Positions 26,022 through 39,354 of a stretch of 64,000 bases of DNA are shown here, one piece after another. A program made the translations under genes and the position numbers. A model generated the notes under the pieces. It worked only from the letters and a program-made list of their open reading frames with translations, was not told where the DNA came from and did no database searches. The DNA comes from Bugula neritina (Eukaryota > Animalia > Bryozoa): contig OZ037765.1 in assembly GCA_964035545.1 (NCBI GenBank), forward strand, positions 25,357,504-25,421,503, written 5' to 3'. Every line of letters begins with the position of its first letter. Within the stretch, counting starts at the first letter, position 1.

Positions 26022-29000
26022 ATGTGCGCTCAACTATTTGTTCTACTCGCGGTTGTAAGCTCAGGTGTGTATAATATGCTTAAATACAATTTGCTAAAAA
26101 CTGAAATTACTTCATATTTATTATAGAACTATCAATTTAAATTGAATTTGTCAAATATAAACGCGTGTGCAATCATATGTTACTACTGTCAAACATGCAT
26201 GCATGTTTAACAGTAGCAACGCATAATGCACATATTTTAAAATATCTATGTTATCATTACATTATATAATATCATAATATCTATGACATACGTACTCTGT
26301 TCCAATATCTATCATGATTAATATGGTAAGCTTATAAAGTTTGTATGTATCCTCCTGTACTTGATAGCTGTATGTATTAAAAACGTTTTAAAAAAGGGTA
26401 AATTTAATTTTAGTTTAAGGACCAGGTAGCTATATTCAATATATTTCTGCTAATATAATTAATAGTTTGGTTATTTTACTCTTTTTACATGTAGTGCAAA
26501 CTCTAGCTCCTTATCATGGGAAGTTGATACATTCTGGCTGGGGTGCTATTGTGGACCATGGCCTCACTGGTGACACTTATGCTGTTAACGAAAACACAAT
26601 ACAGATTATAGGATTCTCATATGATGGTGTTCCACCTGGTGTGTTGAACATTTTGCTCACATTTCTAACTTCCTTCTACATTTTGTAGTACTCTGGTTTT
26701 ATATTCCTTTGTTATGTGTACACGTATGTAAATAATGTACTGAATATGATGAATTTTAAATATTATAGTTCTTCCCTGTCCAAAATAGTTTTCAATTATC
26801 ACTCAAGAGTGCACTGTTTTCCAGGAAGCTTCCTGCTTAGGCTTATTTAACAGGAAGTACTATGTAAATTATGTTGGTCAATATTGTGTTTAGTTATAAA
26901 CCTTCTACCTGATACTTGAATATGTTGTTTAGGTGGTGTGTTCTTATTGGGAACAGACAAAAATTACAGTGCAGTAACTGGAGCTGCTACTAGGGATGCA
27001 ACAGCTACTATTATAGCTAATCCCAATGGAAACTTGTAAGTCAAAAGTGCTCAGCACAAAATTATTTTTCCGCTTTGGTAAATTATGCTTTCAAAAAGTT
27101 TTTTTCTGTACTGAGAAAATCTAAGCCAATTAATTATTCGTAAAGCTTCCCTCAACAGAGATGGAAATGAGATTTGACAGTTTTATGATGTATAAATTTA
27201 GCAAAATATAATATTTGGTTGTATGATATGAGTGAAGGTATTATAGTCATTTTCCACATAGCATACCTTGTTACAAAATATGTATATTTGTCATTAGTGA
27301 GGCACTTGGCAGATATGATAATGAAAACATTACTCTGAGACTTCCACCCGGTCAAGTGTTGACAGATTACACTTACATCTCCGTTTGGTGTAGAAATTTT
27401 ACTGTAAGTCACATTTCTTCAATATTACTGCATATGATGCGATGTTTGGCTGTGTAAGCTTGTATAGGCAAGTTTTGTGTATTGAACACAAATTATATTT
27501 CAACAGGTGTATTTTGGCGGGTTTGATATTCCTGAAGGCTTTGTTAGTCCTAAGCCTCAAAATCTTGGACCTCTCACACACCGCGCTCACGCTGTCTACT
27601 CCGGTGATGTGACAATTATTGACGATAAAACTATAAGCATTTTAAATTTGCGTTATGATGGACAAGGCCCAGGTAAGCCCATTGCAATTACATAACTTTA
27701 TAACATCATTATAAATTTTTTCTAAATACACAAAAATGCATGGCTATCCAAAAAGGTTTTATATACAGTTTATCTGATAAAGTCAACTGCGTTAATTGTC
27801 AGCTGTGTTCTCTATACGTTAAACCCAAGCACCTCAAACTGACGTTTACATTGCACAATGTTTGGCTACCTATTTCTTCACTTTGTAGATGCGTTTTTCT
27901 ACGTTGGTGTCACAGACTCGGTGACAACTCAAGTTGCACCGTATGGAAAAATTCCAGACGAAAATGGAGATAGGTAAGCTCTATGTTATTTGACAATCAA
28001 ATCAATGTGTCCTACAATGTGGTTATAGTGCTTTGAACACATAGTTTGTTTCCAAAGCAGTTTTGCATAAACTTGGATATAAAATGTGATGTAGTTTACG
28101 CACTTTGTACATTATTTATTTTAGTATCCCAAGTGTTGTAATATAATAATCGTTGACTTGTGACTTGCTTGTCTAGACTTCAGCGTTCCATTAGCATTTT
28201 GTAAGATATAAATTGTACAGAGCAAGTTTTTAGCCTAGGATTACCTGTATTCTTGTTTGCATTGCTATTAAGTCACACATCTCAAGTCACGCATGATGCT
28301 TCTTCTTACGAAAAGCATAACAATTTCTTCATGCATAACTAGGTTTTAATTGCCTATTTAAATAATTATTTTTATCTCTTTTAGTGGTGTCATTAGCGGC
28401 TATGCTGGAAAAGATATTAACATAACACTTCCAGATAATCTCTCCTTCACTCAGCTCAAGTGGTTCAGTCTTTACTGTATCCAGTTTACACAAAACTTTG
28501 GTGAAGTGCTCATTCCAGAAAACTTAAATGTACCTCCAGCATTAGATGTTGGTGAGTCACTGCATTATTGCATGTCTTGTCCAGTATCAATACAGCTTAT
28601 ACTATTTCACACACCTCAGTTTACTATAATATAAAGTATATTAGTGTAGTTGCCATTAACTTTTTATCCATAATTTATTAAATATGATAGACTTGAGGCT
28701 GGGATTTCAAATGAGGTAGGCCAGTTAAATTTCTCAGGTGCAACTGATATTATCAAAAAAGTGAAACATTCAGACAGGGTTTTAATGCGTGGTTTTAGCT
28801 GCTCCGAGCACTACAGCAGGCCTGACAACAACAATGGCTGCTCCAGTAATGAACTGTGAACCTTTGAGCAACAAACTTCAAATTTCTTGGGCTGTAGAAG
28901 ATAATTCAATAGCTTTTGAATTGGCTGGAACTATTGGTTAGTATAACTATGGCGTACAGGTTTTTACTGAAATAATTTGAGGTAGGTGCAGTAATGGAGA

Positions 29001-32000
29001 AATTGCGAAAAGCCTGTGTTCTAGATTAGAAATGTAGCAAAAGAAGCTAGGTTCTCACAAAAATTTCAACCAGCACCCCAAACCAAAATCTATAATGAAA
29101 TTTAAAAACTTGGGCCATCTCAATTTCTCCGCTACTGCTCCTAAATGAATAATTTTTATGTTTAAACAAGTATTTATTATTATCAATTATATATAAAACA
29201 TGTCTTTGCAGATCGAGAGACAGACTACATGGCTTTTGGATTAAGTGGAAGTGACAGCACCTTTCAGATGATGAACGCCGATGTTGTGGTTGGGTACTGG
29301 AAAAGTGGTGAAACAGCCAAAGCTGTTGACTACTATATTACTTCATATGCCCAGGTGAGAGAGGAAACTACACCTTAAATATAGTGTAATCATGGTGGTG
29401 GTTATAATACGATGATTTTATTAGCAATTAATATCTCCTTTATCATTATGTTCAGCTTCTTTCCAAGCTAAGTAGCTACTAGTTGCATATATCAGACAAA
29501 ATGAAGGGAAATATAACTGCTTTCAGTGATCATTATACCTGTTTTAGTGTGCTCCAAATGGTGGTGCATGTCCAGATACATCTGTATCTAATGGAGGTGC
29601 AAATGACATCACAGATATAGAGAGTCAGCTCAGCGAAGGCGTGCTTAGAATAAAATATAAAAGGAGTTTGGCAACTGGTATGCTATAACATGCATTGTGT
29701 TGTAACCAGGAAGTATATTGATGCCACGTTGACATACTTGCCATGTTTACATTGTAATATTGCTTTTCATAGGGATTTAAAGCCATATTTGTTTTTGTTT
29801 TACTGTTTGCACATTAGTATAGGCATGATGTTGTATTGTGTATGAATACTAAGTTAGAAAAAATGTTTTGCATCTGAACAAAATCCTGTGAAGCTACCTT
29901 AATTAATTTCTGTATTTTATTCTATGTCCACTGATGTTTACATTGTGTAGGTGATAATAGAGATAAAGAGTACAAAATAAGTGGACCTGGACAACATATA
30001 GTTTGGGCAATTGGTCCTTTGAACTCTAACGATGAAACAGCTAAACATTATCCTTCGGCTGGAAGAATTTCTAGTAAGTATACTGAGATATACTGCATAT
30101 ATGTTTAATTTGGGGTTGCATTGAATTTAAACCACGAAATCAGTGTGTTTTGCTTGTAAAAAATGCAAGAAATTTGTTTGATTACTTCTAGTTGCAAAAA
30201 CTATTCAGTTTGGAAGAGATATGGTGAACAACTGCCCCGAACTTGCAGTAAAGACCACAGTTGCTCCGATACCTGACTTTAAGCCTCACCATTTGTATGG
30301 CACAGAAGATTCAACTGTATTTACTCTAGAAATAGGGCAAGCAGGGTCAACGCAGGGCTACTTGGCCTTAACAGGTCTGTTTGTGTTGTACAGAATGCAG
30401 TGCTGACAGTAACTATAAGGTCAGACATAGTTATAGCATGCATCAAACTGTGTGTATGTGTTACAGGCATACAGTCATGGGGCATTGCATGGTATGTCAA
30501 CGGTATACTGATCCCGGAGTTGCATCTGAAAAGGGGCGTGTCTTACACATTCAGAGTTGGTGGAGGTACTGATTCAAATAATGGTGCTAGATACCACCCT
30601 CTTTACTTTACAAGTGATATTAAAGGAGGATTTTTACAGACTCAGGTGTGTTTTGTTTATTTTCTTGTTTATAGCACATTTAATTGTTATTAATTCTGTC
30701 TTTACATCTGGAAATGATATTTCAGTGGAACAACAAGCTTTACAATAGGTTGGAGTGTGACTATCTTATTCATGTAATGTAGGTATGAGTTTATTTATTG
30801 AAGGAACAGTTGTGGGTTTGTTGTATATTTTAGGCTATTCAAAGCTGTGCATTACAGAAGTGAAAAAAATGTCATTAATTTAAAAAATAACTACCTCTGT
30901 AAACTACTGCCATGCACTTGTTGATACTTTGTTCTCATGTTATGTATTATTTTCTTATTTGTTTTCTTTTTTTACTTAAATCAACTACATGAAATGTCGC
31001 ATTGCTTATACTTTTTATAGGATTCTACTGAAACCATATATGAAGGGACTGTAGATGGAGTGTCTCAGCAATTTGCTAGTAAGTTTTTATATTGCTTTTG
31101 GAGTTGTGTGCTCAAGTTGGTAGATTGTAAGCTCATAAACAATTTAAATATACATGGCAATAAATTTTAAGAATTTTTCTATAATTATTCTACTTTTGAT
31201 ACTAGACAATGTGGAGAAACATTGAACATGGAAATAAAAATTTATTATAAAATTTCTATGTCTACCTCTCTGTAGCCGGTGGTTATTGTGAATGGAAATT
31301 AACTGAGGCTGCGGTGCAAGCTACTCTCTCAGGCAAAGTGTACCAAACCTTTGAAGAGTTTAAGCAAGACATGTATCTTGATTGTGATAATTCAAGCCAA
31401 TACACTGATTTTATCTTCACTCCTGATAGCAATACACCAGATCTTATATATTATCAGGTGAGTTTGGTTCAAGTCAAGTATAATTAGTGTCTTTTTTTAA
31501 TTTGCTATTGCAAATGTTTATAATCAATCAAAAACTTTATAAAATGATATAATGCAATTAGTTATGTGTACAAACATACTAAAATTAGCAATAATTTCTT
31601 TCAGTATGATATTTAGGGAATGAATTAATTTGATATAACCTTTTACCATGGTAGAATTATATTAGATAAAGCTGTTACACTAAGTTTTAAGTAAAAATTA
31701 TGTTTTCTGTACAATTGAAGTATATAATTATTTCAGTGCAAATTTTAATTGTTTGAACTTTTCGATGCACCAGTGAGTTCCCATATGTAAACAAATGCTT
31801 TCTTTATGATTCATGAGTTATTATGATTGTAGTGCTACACACACAAAAGTTTGGGGTGGAAAGTTCATGTTTATGATGAGCTTCCTACTGAGTCACCTTC
31901 ATCTACAACTCAAGCTGGGAGCAGCGCTTCAGGTGTTGATTCTACTTCAAAACAATCCAGATTTCAAGGATCTTCTGCTCAATCTATAAATCAATCAAAA

Positions 32001-32054
32001 TTAGCTAAATACATTATATTTTTAATAGCCATCACATCTATTACTTTGTTTTAG
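26022..32054 (+). CDS. Knickkopf/Skeletor-like protein, copy 2 (tandem paralogue; ~723 aa)
   Basis: 16 exons with the same intron positions and phases as copy 1: 26022-26064, 26495-26638, 26933-27035, 27298-27403, 27507-27672, 27889-27973, 28385-28551, 28799-28936, 29212-29354, 29548-29677, 29951-30073, 30192-30374, 30467-30645, 31021-31078, 31276-31457, 31833-32054; 2172 nt in frame. Same DM13, DOMON and C-terminal motifs, plus a Ser/Thr stalk and a hydrophobic GPI-type tail. Confidence 0.92.
28983..29143. mobile_element. MITE family A, copy 1
   Basis: Imperfect TIRs TAGGTGCAGTAATGGAGAAATTGCGA / TCTCAATTTCTCCGCTACTGCTCCTA. The internal AAAAGCCTGTGTTCTAGAT..CCAAACCAAAAT is shared with copies at 53458 and 63528. 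Confidence 0.85.
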
Positions 32055-35000
32055 TTGTTAATTTAGGTTGTTTGATTGTTTTAAATGCATGTTTTTATTA
32101 CTTTGTGTTTATGGTAATGGCTTTGCAAACCATATAAGCGAAATTAATGCATGGTATTATACTCGTATGTATACATCTTATTATGTTTATGAAACAAAAT
32201 TTTTGGGCATGGTTATTTTAGCTTAAAAATGTCATTATATGACCAAATGAAATGTTAAATTGTCAAAGCTGTATCATTATATTACCGTATATATTATTTT
32301 CATATTTGTATTTAAAATTGTATTCTACTATTTATCTAATGCATGAGCAAAATGATCAATTTATTTCAATTGCAAATTTTATTGTTGAGTTTTTTTAAGT
32401 AAAAATTAATACATATTTGATGTTGACAATTACTGACGTCTTTTGTATATTCTATTAAGCATTTACACTTTTTACCCAATTAAACTCAGCAATAGACTTT
32501 ACTTTGATAGCATTCTTTACTGCCCATCATCTGTAGGTAGGACAACTTGTATCATTTCAGTGCATGTTTTTTAGGCTAAGAAACATCAATAGCTTTAGTT
32601 TTCCGGCCTTTGTAAGTTGTGCTGTAGATTTAAAATTTTTTGATACCTATACTTTAAATGCCAAGTAATGTGATCTGCAAAAAGAAAAGATCATCTTTGA
32701 TAATCTCCATTTACACGGTTATAAATTAAAATTGTTAAATTATTATCTAATTATTATATAAAACTGCCTATTAATTAAAATTTAAATAGTGCTAGAATAT
32801 GGCTATGAATGGAACAGTGAGAAGCATAACTACTAAAATTTAGTACTCTTCATCAAAATGTTAGTTGTAGGGCTCAATTCAATAAGTGTTATATAAACAA
32901 TAAAGATAAATGAAAAGCAAAGTTACTTTGTAGATGTATGTGCTATACAAAGCTGCATTGAAGCTTTCTTATAGCATGTTGATGGCATGCTTGTCTTGTT
33001 CAGCTATTTTTCAGCTTCAAGTGCTGCTAGACATTTTATTTAAACTGGTCCAGTAATTGTTGCTAGCATTTTTATATTCTGACCTATTCATTCAACAGAG
33101 GAAAAATTCACTGGGTAAGTCATTTTTATGTTAAGATTAATATGCAGGCAATATTTTGGCATCGATAATTGAATCTTTTTATAATTTATTGAGCCTATAG
33201 GTAATAAAAAGTATAATAAATGTATATATAAAATGTATATTATATACCTAAAATATCTTAACATATATTTATTGTTGATGAATCCTACAATTTTGCTAAT
33301 CAATATATTTTTAAATATCTAGTCAAAGTCTTGCTTATGTATAGTGTACATACTCATAGTGTTGGTGACATGTATGAAGCTTCAAATGATGATATCAGGA
33401 ATCTGATAAGAATATTTTAGCTTTTGCTCTCAAAAGGATAAGCAGCAGTTTTGTCAAGTGAAATTGTGATTGCTTATTACTACAGCCTTGATAATCTATT
33501 ACCCTGATTATGATGTTGACTGCTTTTGCTCTAATAATTCTGTTTATGCTTATTCTTAAAATTGTACGTAGTTCAGAGCAATTGCTAGAGTTTTCTGGTG
33601 AAGATTTTATGGACGGTAGATCTAGGACTACTGGGTATAATCAGGGTGGTAATACCTACTTATAAACTATAACTGTGGCGTTCTAAACTGTAAATTCTTA
33701 CCGTAACAAATATTAGACACCTAGCATATAATATTATTATAATATTATAATGGGTATCGAGTTGTCATCCACTGAAACATTATAGGAATTTAAACGTTGA
33801 AACTTGAAATAATCATTACAAGGAGGAGCTATATTTCAGTAAATAAACGCTCTTAGTCTAAGTCCATAAAAGCATTCCACTTTATCTCCGTCATATCAAT
33901 TTCCGGGTAGAGTAGCTAGCGTTTCATCACAGTAACTGTTAGTTGAGGATAAATAGTAATACTAAAAGTAAATTAAGTGAAACTAAATCAAAACGTAATA
34001 CAATAATATAATAGAAATATAAATACGATGCTCATTGTTATTATTATACAATACTGATAATGAATCTAAATGAATAGCTCTTATAAAATATATAAAACAT
34101 GTATGTTACGATTAACTTTAACTTTAAATTAACGTGAACGGTCAAACTAAAAGTAAAATTAAGTCTAAGACTAAAGTCAACGAAATTTTGCTTCTTTACA
34201 TTAACATTTACAGTTACACACTAACTTACAGTTAGTGAGTTACCTTAGAGTTACTACATTACTTAGAGTTAGACTTAGTCTAATTTAAATTTAGGTCTAA
34301 GTTTTACAGTCAGTCTAAGTTACACTTACAGTAATGAGTAAAACTAAATGTAATACTCAGTAACAGTGAGTTACAGTTGGTGGTTAGACTCGGTATTATA
34401 TTTAATATTTTAAATTTATATTATTTATGTTATTGTTGGTATTAATACTTTACTAATACTAATTGTAATAGTTATACTACTAGTAATACTAATAGTAATA
34501 ATGATTATATTTTTATTACTAGTATTGTTATTTATTATATTTAATTTTATTGTCATAGATATTGAAACTTTGTTAGGATTTACAACAGAACTAAATGTAA
34601 ATAATTTAATTTTATCATTTTAATTTAAATTTGTTTTGGTTTTTTTAACTTATAAAATGTAACCAGTACGGAGTTGAACTTTAAACTTGAAGTAAAACTA
34701 AATCAAAATGTAATAGCTGTATTCATTAGTATTGTTAATATTTAATGTATTATACATTGTTGTAGCACTTGGACTTTCACTCCAACTTTTGGTCTTTGAC
34801 TTTAAAGTTTAACTTTTCTAATTAGTTATTCAATTTTATGTCATTATGATTATCATTATGTTTGTGTTAGTGAATTGATCAACGATATTATTAATAAGGA
34901 TTATCATAATGATAAGTTTATTATACCTAATATTTATTGACTTAAGAAAAAGTTCAATGAAATTTGATTGTTGACACTAAGCATTTAATGGTAATTTTGA

Positions 35001-35689
35001 AAATTTGCCTAGTTCTGAAGTAAGCATTAATAAAGATTGATTTATCAACCTTGAAATTTAAATTTGAATGCAGAAACATGAGCTTAGAGTTAACTTATAA
35101 GTTATTTTTATACTTTATTAAACTCTGTTTTAAGTTGCCTTTGATTTATATGAGTTTTGGATGGCTAAATATCACAATATTCTACCTAGTGCTGGCATGG
35201 AGTATAGATTATGATTACAGGGTATGAATGTTGCTGTTTACAAAAAAAATATTCTAGCTTGGATTTGTTATTAAATAAAGTTTTAATTTAATACTTTTTA
35301 ACACATAGCAGGTCTTTGGGTAGAATTTAGTATTTTTTATTGTAAATATTCTTCAAGTCTGTCATATTAACTAAAAAGAGGGTAACATTTTATAACAGAA
35401 AATAGCTAAATACATTTTGTCTAATGGAACAATAAACTATTTACACATTTAATTTTGAGTGAAAATTTAATATAAATATATATATTCAAATTAATCTATT
35501 TTTTTGCTAAAAATTGAATTACTGCAATTCTTTTACAATTAGCAAGTACAGCAAGTTCTACAATACTGCTCTATTTTCAGTTTTTGCTCACAACTTACAA
35601 GATATATTCACATTTTTGCTTTATTTCTATTCCAATTTTAGTGTGGTGAAAAGTTTTAACAAACTAGTTATTCTGTGAGATGACCTGAA

Positions 35690-38600
35690 ATGTCGGCCAG
35701 GCAAATTGCAGAGAGGTAAGAGGTTCTATTTTGAAAATTATAAAAGATAGATCATTTTTTGTGCTCAATTTTAAAATTAGTTAGATTCACTTGTCTAGTA
35801 TTGTTTAAGATATAATTAAAATATTGATCATAGATGTTATGAAATAGTATAATTTTCATGTACCAAATTTACTTGTAGTTAAACGATTCTTTTATTGTAA
35901 GCAATACCTAATGATTTCAAAGCTTGAATTCATTTTCTTTTTTTTAACATGGAACATAAAAAGTTTTATAACAAATTTCATCTCAATTTTATCTTAAAAA
36001 ATCTTTTGTTGTGAGAATTTCTTAGAGCTACTCATTTTAACTTTGTGTGAATAATATTAGTTTTTTGTCATTTTTTAAGTAAAATTGCAGCAAGTTTGGT
36101 TAGGAGTTATTTTTACTGCAAACATCTTTCTATGACTTCTTTTGATTTCGTTTCAATTTTTTTTAATTGTTTCCTTTCATGTAATTGTAACATGTTAGGA
36201 GTTTTGGTAACTTATTTTTAAGTCGTTATTGCAAATTTTTCAATGAATTTTTTATATTGAATCACTTATGATACAGATATGGATTTTTTGTTTTTACAAT
36301 TCGCTGTAATCTTAAGCATGTGTACAGTTGTATTTTACAATATGTTTATACACCACCTAGATGCACTGGCAGTTTTCTTTGATTAAATAGAACTCTAGTA
36401 AAGCCCAACTGTATTGGTGTAACAACTCCCAATATATTGTATATAGAAGTAGTTCACTAGGCCAATATTGAGTAAGTTGAATTGTGGTATGAAGCTGTCC
36501 TTAGGTGATCTTAAGAACCTATGACACTCACAGAAAATTCCCTCTAACTTGTATTTGGTTACTCTCTAGAACCTGTTGATAACACCTCAATACTGCATCT
36601 CTTCACAATTAAAGTCTTTTGCTGTAATAAAAAGCACACCATATTTGGTATGCTCTCTTTGCATTTTATGTATGCTCTGCTCATGTTTGTAGGCGAACTT
36701 GTTGGGTTTGTTATGGAACAGATGAGGATATAGTACTGGAATGGCTGAGGCCATGCATGTGTAGGGGATCAGCAAAGTATGTTCATGTTAAATGTTTACA
36801 GAGATGGATAGATGAAAAACATAGACAGAACCCTACTCTACAAGTCCATTGTCCTCAGTGCAACCATGCCTATCACATTAACTATCCCCAAATGGGTAGG
36901 TATAGCAGTATGGGACAGGAACAACTACTCAGGATATATGAGTTATTTTGTTGTTAGCAGAAAGAGTAAATACAAGACTGTTTAAGGAAAAGAAGGCGAA
37001 GTTGTTTTTAGTTAAAACGCCATGCTACAATTTTAGCTTATACATTACCTTTGTATTAATTAATTAAGAATCTTTGCTTTGACATGAACAACTTTAATTA
37101 AAAGAAAAACAGAATAAGTTTGGAAGTAAGCAAAATAATTTTATATTTAGTATTTCAACTTTTTTATTATATAAGAAAATACCTTATATTGCATTACCCT
37201 CATCTCACCATGTGTTCAATTCAACTTTAGGTTTCGGAGTGAAAAGTCTTGATATATTGGAAAAGTACATCCACAAAGTCTGTCCGTATGTTGCTGCAAG
37301 TGCTCTCATGGGTTCTATTTATTGGACATCTGTAACCTATGGAGCAGTCACCGTTATGCAGGTAGATATTATAGAATGATATTTACTTTTCAGTTTTATG
37401 AGTGTGTTCTATATTCCCAACTGACTTTATAACTGCACAGTATTTGTGCTCTAGTTTTTCATTCCTACCCAAGACCTTATCTTATACAACATTTCGCAGC
37501 CATTAAATATCCAATAAGTTGGCTGCAAACTCAAATTGTGGAGTTGCAGTTGTTACAAAAAAGTAATTTAGGTTGCTAATATTTCCATTTGCAATTTTAA
37601 AGCTTCCCCCCCCCCCCCCAGTTGCATAATCTATACATACTTTAGGTTCCCAGATTAATCTGTACAATCCTTTGACAACTAAAATTGTGTTGAGACTGTA
37701 AAATTAAAAATATTGTTTGTAGTTAAAAGTTGTTTGTTCTTTTAAAAATATTGGCAGTTTTCAGATTTTTATGAATTTATTGAACAGCAAATTTGTAACC
37801 ATAATTTACTTAAATGAAGGCTGGCCTGTCAATGTGATCTGCCTTTACTTTAGATTTTAGGACACAAAGAAGGGCTTAGTGTCATGGAAAAAGCTGATCC
37901 AATATTTTTATTTTTGGGGTTGCCTGCAATTCCACTCGGCTTGATTATTGCCAAACTGCTACGGTGGGAAGAGGCTCTGCTAAAGCTGTGGCGAAGGATT
38001 TCCACAAAATTGCCATTTTTTGGTACTACAGAAGGTAATCTTGTTAAACTGTTTATCTTTTCAGCTGGAAATAGCACTATGGCAGTTGTTATTGAGTGAT
38101 ACTTTATTTGATGGAATAACAGAGATTTGTGTTTCAGCTTCCAGTGGATGGATTACTAGCCGGGAAATGGTCGAGGACCGGCTTCCTGTGTCGTACACCA
38201 GAGTTCTAGTCGGGGCTTTGGTCTTCCCTTCAATTTCAACTTTTGTTGGGAAACTTTTCTTCCGATCAATCAAATCAAATTTTCAAAGGTCGCTATTGGT
38301 AAGTTTATTTACACAATCAACAATACGAGATTTTGTTTAAGAAAATAGTATCTAGGTTATGGTGTATAACTTCAATTTTGCAACTACTGCAGTTGTTCAA
38401 GATATCGTTTGCTCCAGTTGTACTTGTAGAGGTATGTAGTGAAAACACAGATGAGGACTGTTGTAAAATATTTACTCAATACTTTTTACTAGTAGCTTCT
38501 GACTTTGAAGGACCTGCCATATGAAGTAGACTTCTGCATAAAAGCTAATAAAAGCTCTCACAGATGGGAAGATAAAACTTTTTCTGTTCAGATTTTTTGT

Positions 38601-39354
38601 GGTCAACATGCTAAATGAATGCTGCTGTAAAATGTTTATGCTAACAAAAGTTTTTAACTGTATGTTGTTTAGCAATTTCATTTTTCTTGAACCAGTTTTT
38701 TGTAACTTGTGTTTCTATTAGTTTTGAGTTATTGAGTGTAGTAAGTAAGTTTCAATAAGAATTATATTATTTCTAAAATGAAATAATTAAGAGCAATGGC
38801 CAGTAAAGTCACAAACAAATGTAATTGGTTCTTCAGATTTCTCTCTCACTGACAATGTGTTGTGCGTGGCAGATAACTCCCACACTTTCACTTCATGTGG
38901 CAGGACTGTAAATAGTCTTTAAATGAAATAATTAATCAAGCATTTAGGTTTAGTAAGCAAGCCACACTGTGTAAAGGCTTCAAATGCATAGTTTAGTTTC
39001 TGGCATATTTATGTATTTAATCAGCAATACAAACACAATCTTCATTCTGGTTTCAAAGTTTTAGATTTTTCAGGAAAGCCATTTTCTAAGCACTTTTCAA
39101 GGTCACCACCACCTGTATACTAGTGTGTTAGTAGAAGGAGCACTATAGACACTCTCATTCCTTCCTTTACAATCAAAGCTTTACTAACTTGAAAAAGTTT
39201 GTTGTAGGGTGGCACTACTTACTTTTTATCAAAAGGATTTTTAAAGATGTATTATTTGGAGATGTCATACCGGCGTCGTTCTCAGCGAGAAATTGCTCCC
39301 TACGATGGTGATGGTGATGGTAATAGTGATGAGTTGGAAGAGGCATCGCCCTAA
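35690..39354 (+). CDS. MARCHF5: Mitochondrial RING-CH E3 ubiquitin ligase MARCH5/MITOL (~282 aa, 6 exons)
   Basis: Exons 35690-35715, 36693-36895 (CWVCYGTDED..WLRPCMCRGSAKYVHVKCLQRWIDEK..CPQC), 37231-37361 (YWTSVTYGAVTVMQ), 37854-38034 (GHKEGLSVMEKADPIFLFLGLPAIP), 38138-38298 (TRVLVGALVFPSI) and 39208-39354; 849 nt in frame. Confidence 0.95.

Noticed and set aside
37606-37619. C14 tract as a G-quadruplex
   Set aside because: Too short and isolated for a confident intramolecular G4; an ordinary homopolymer.
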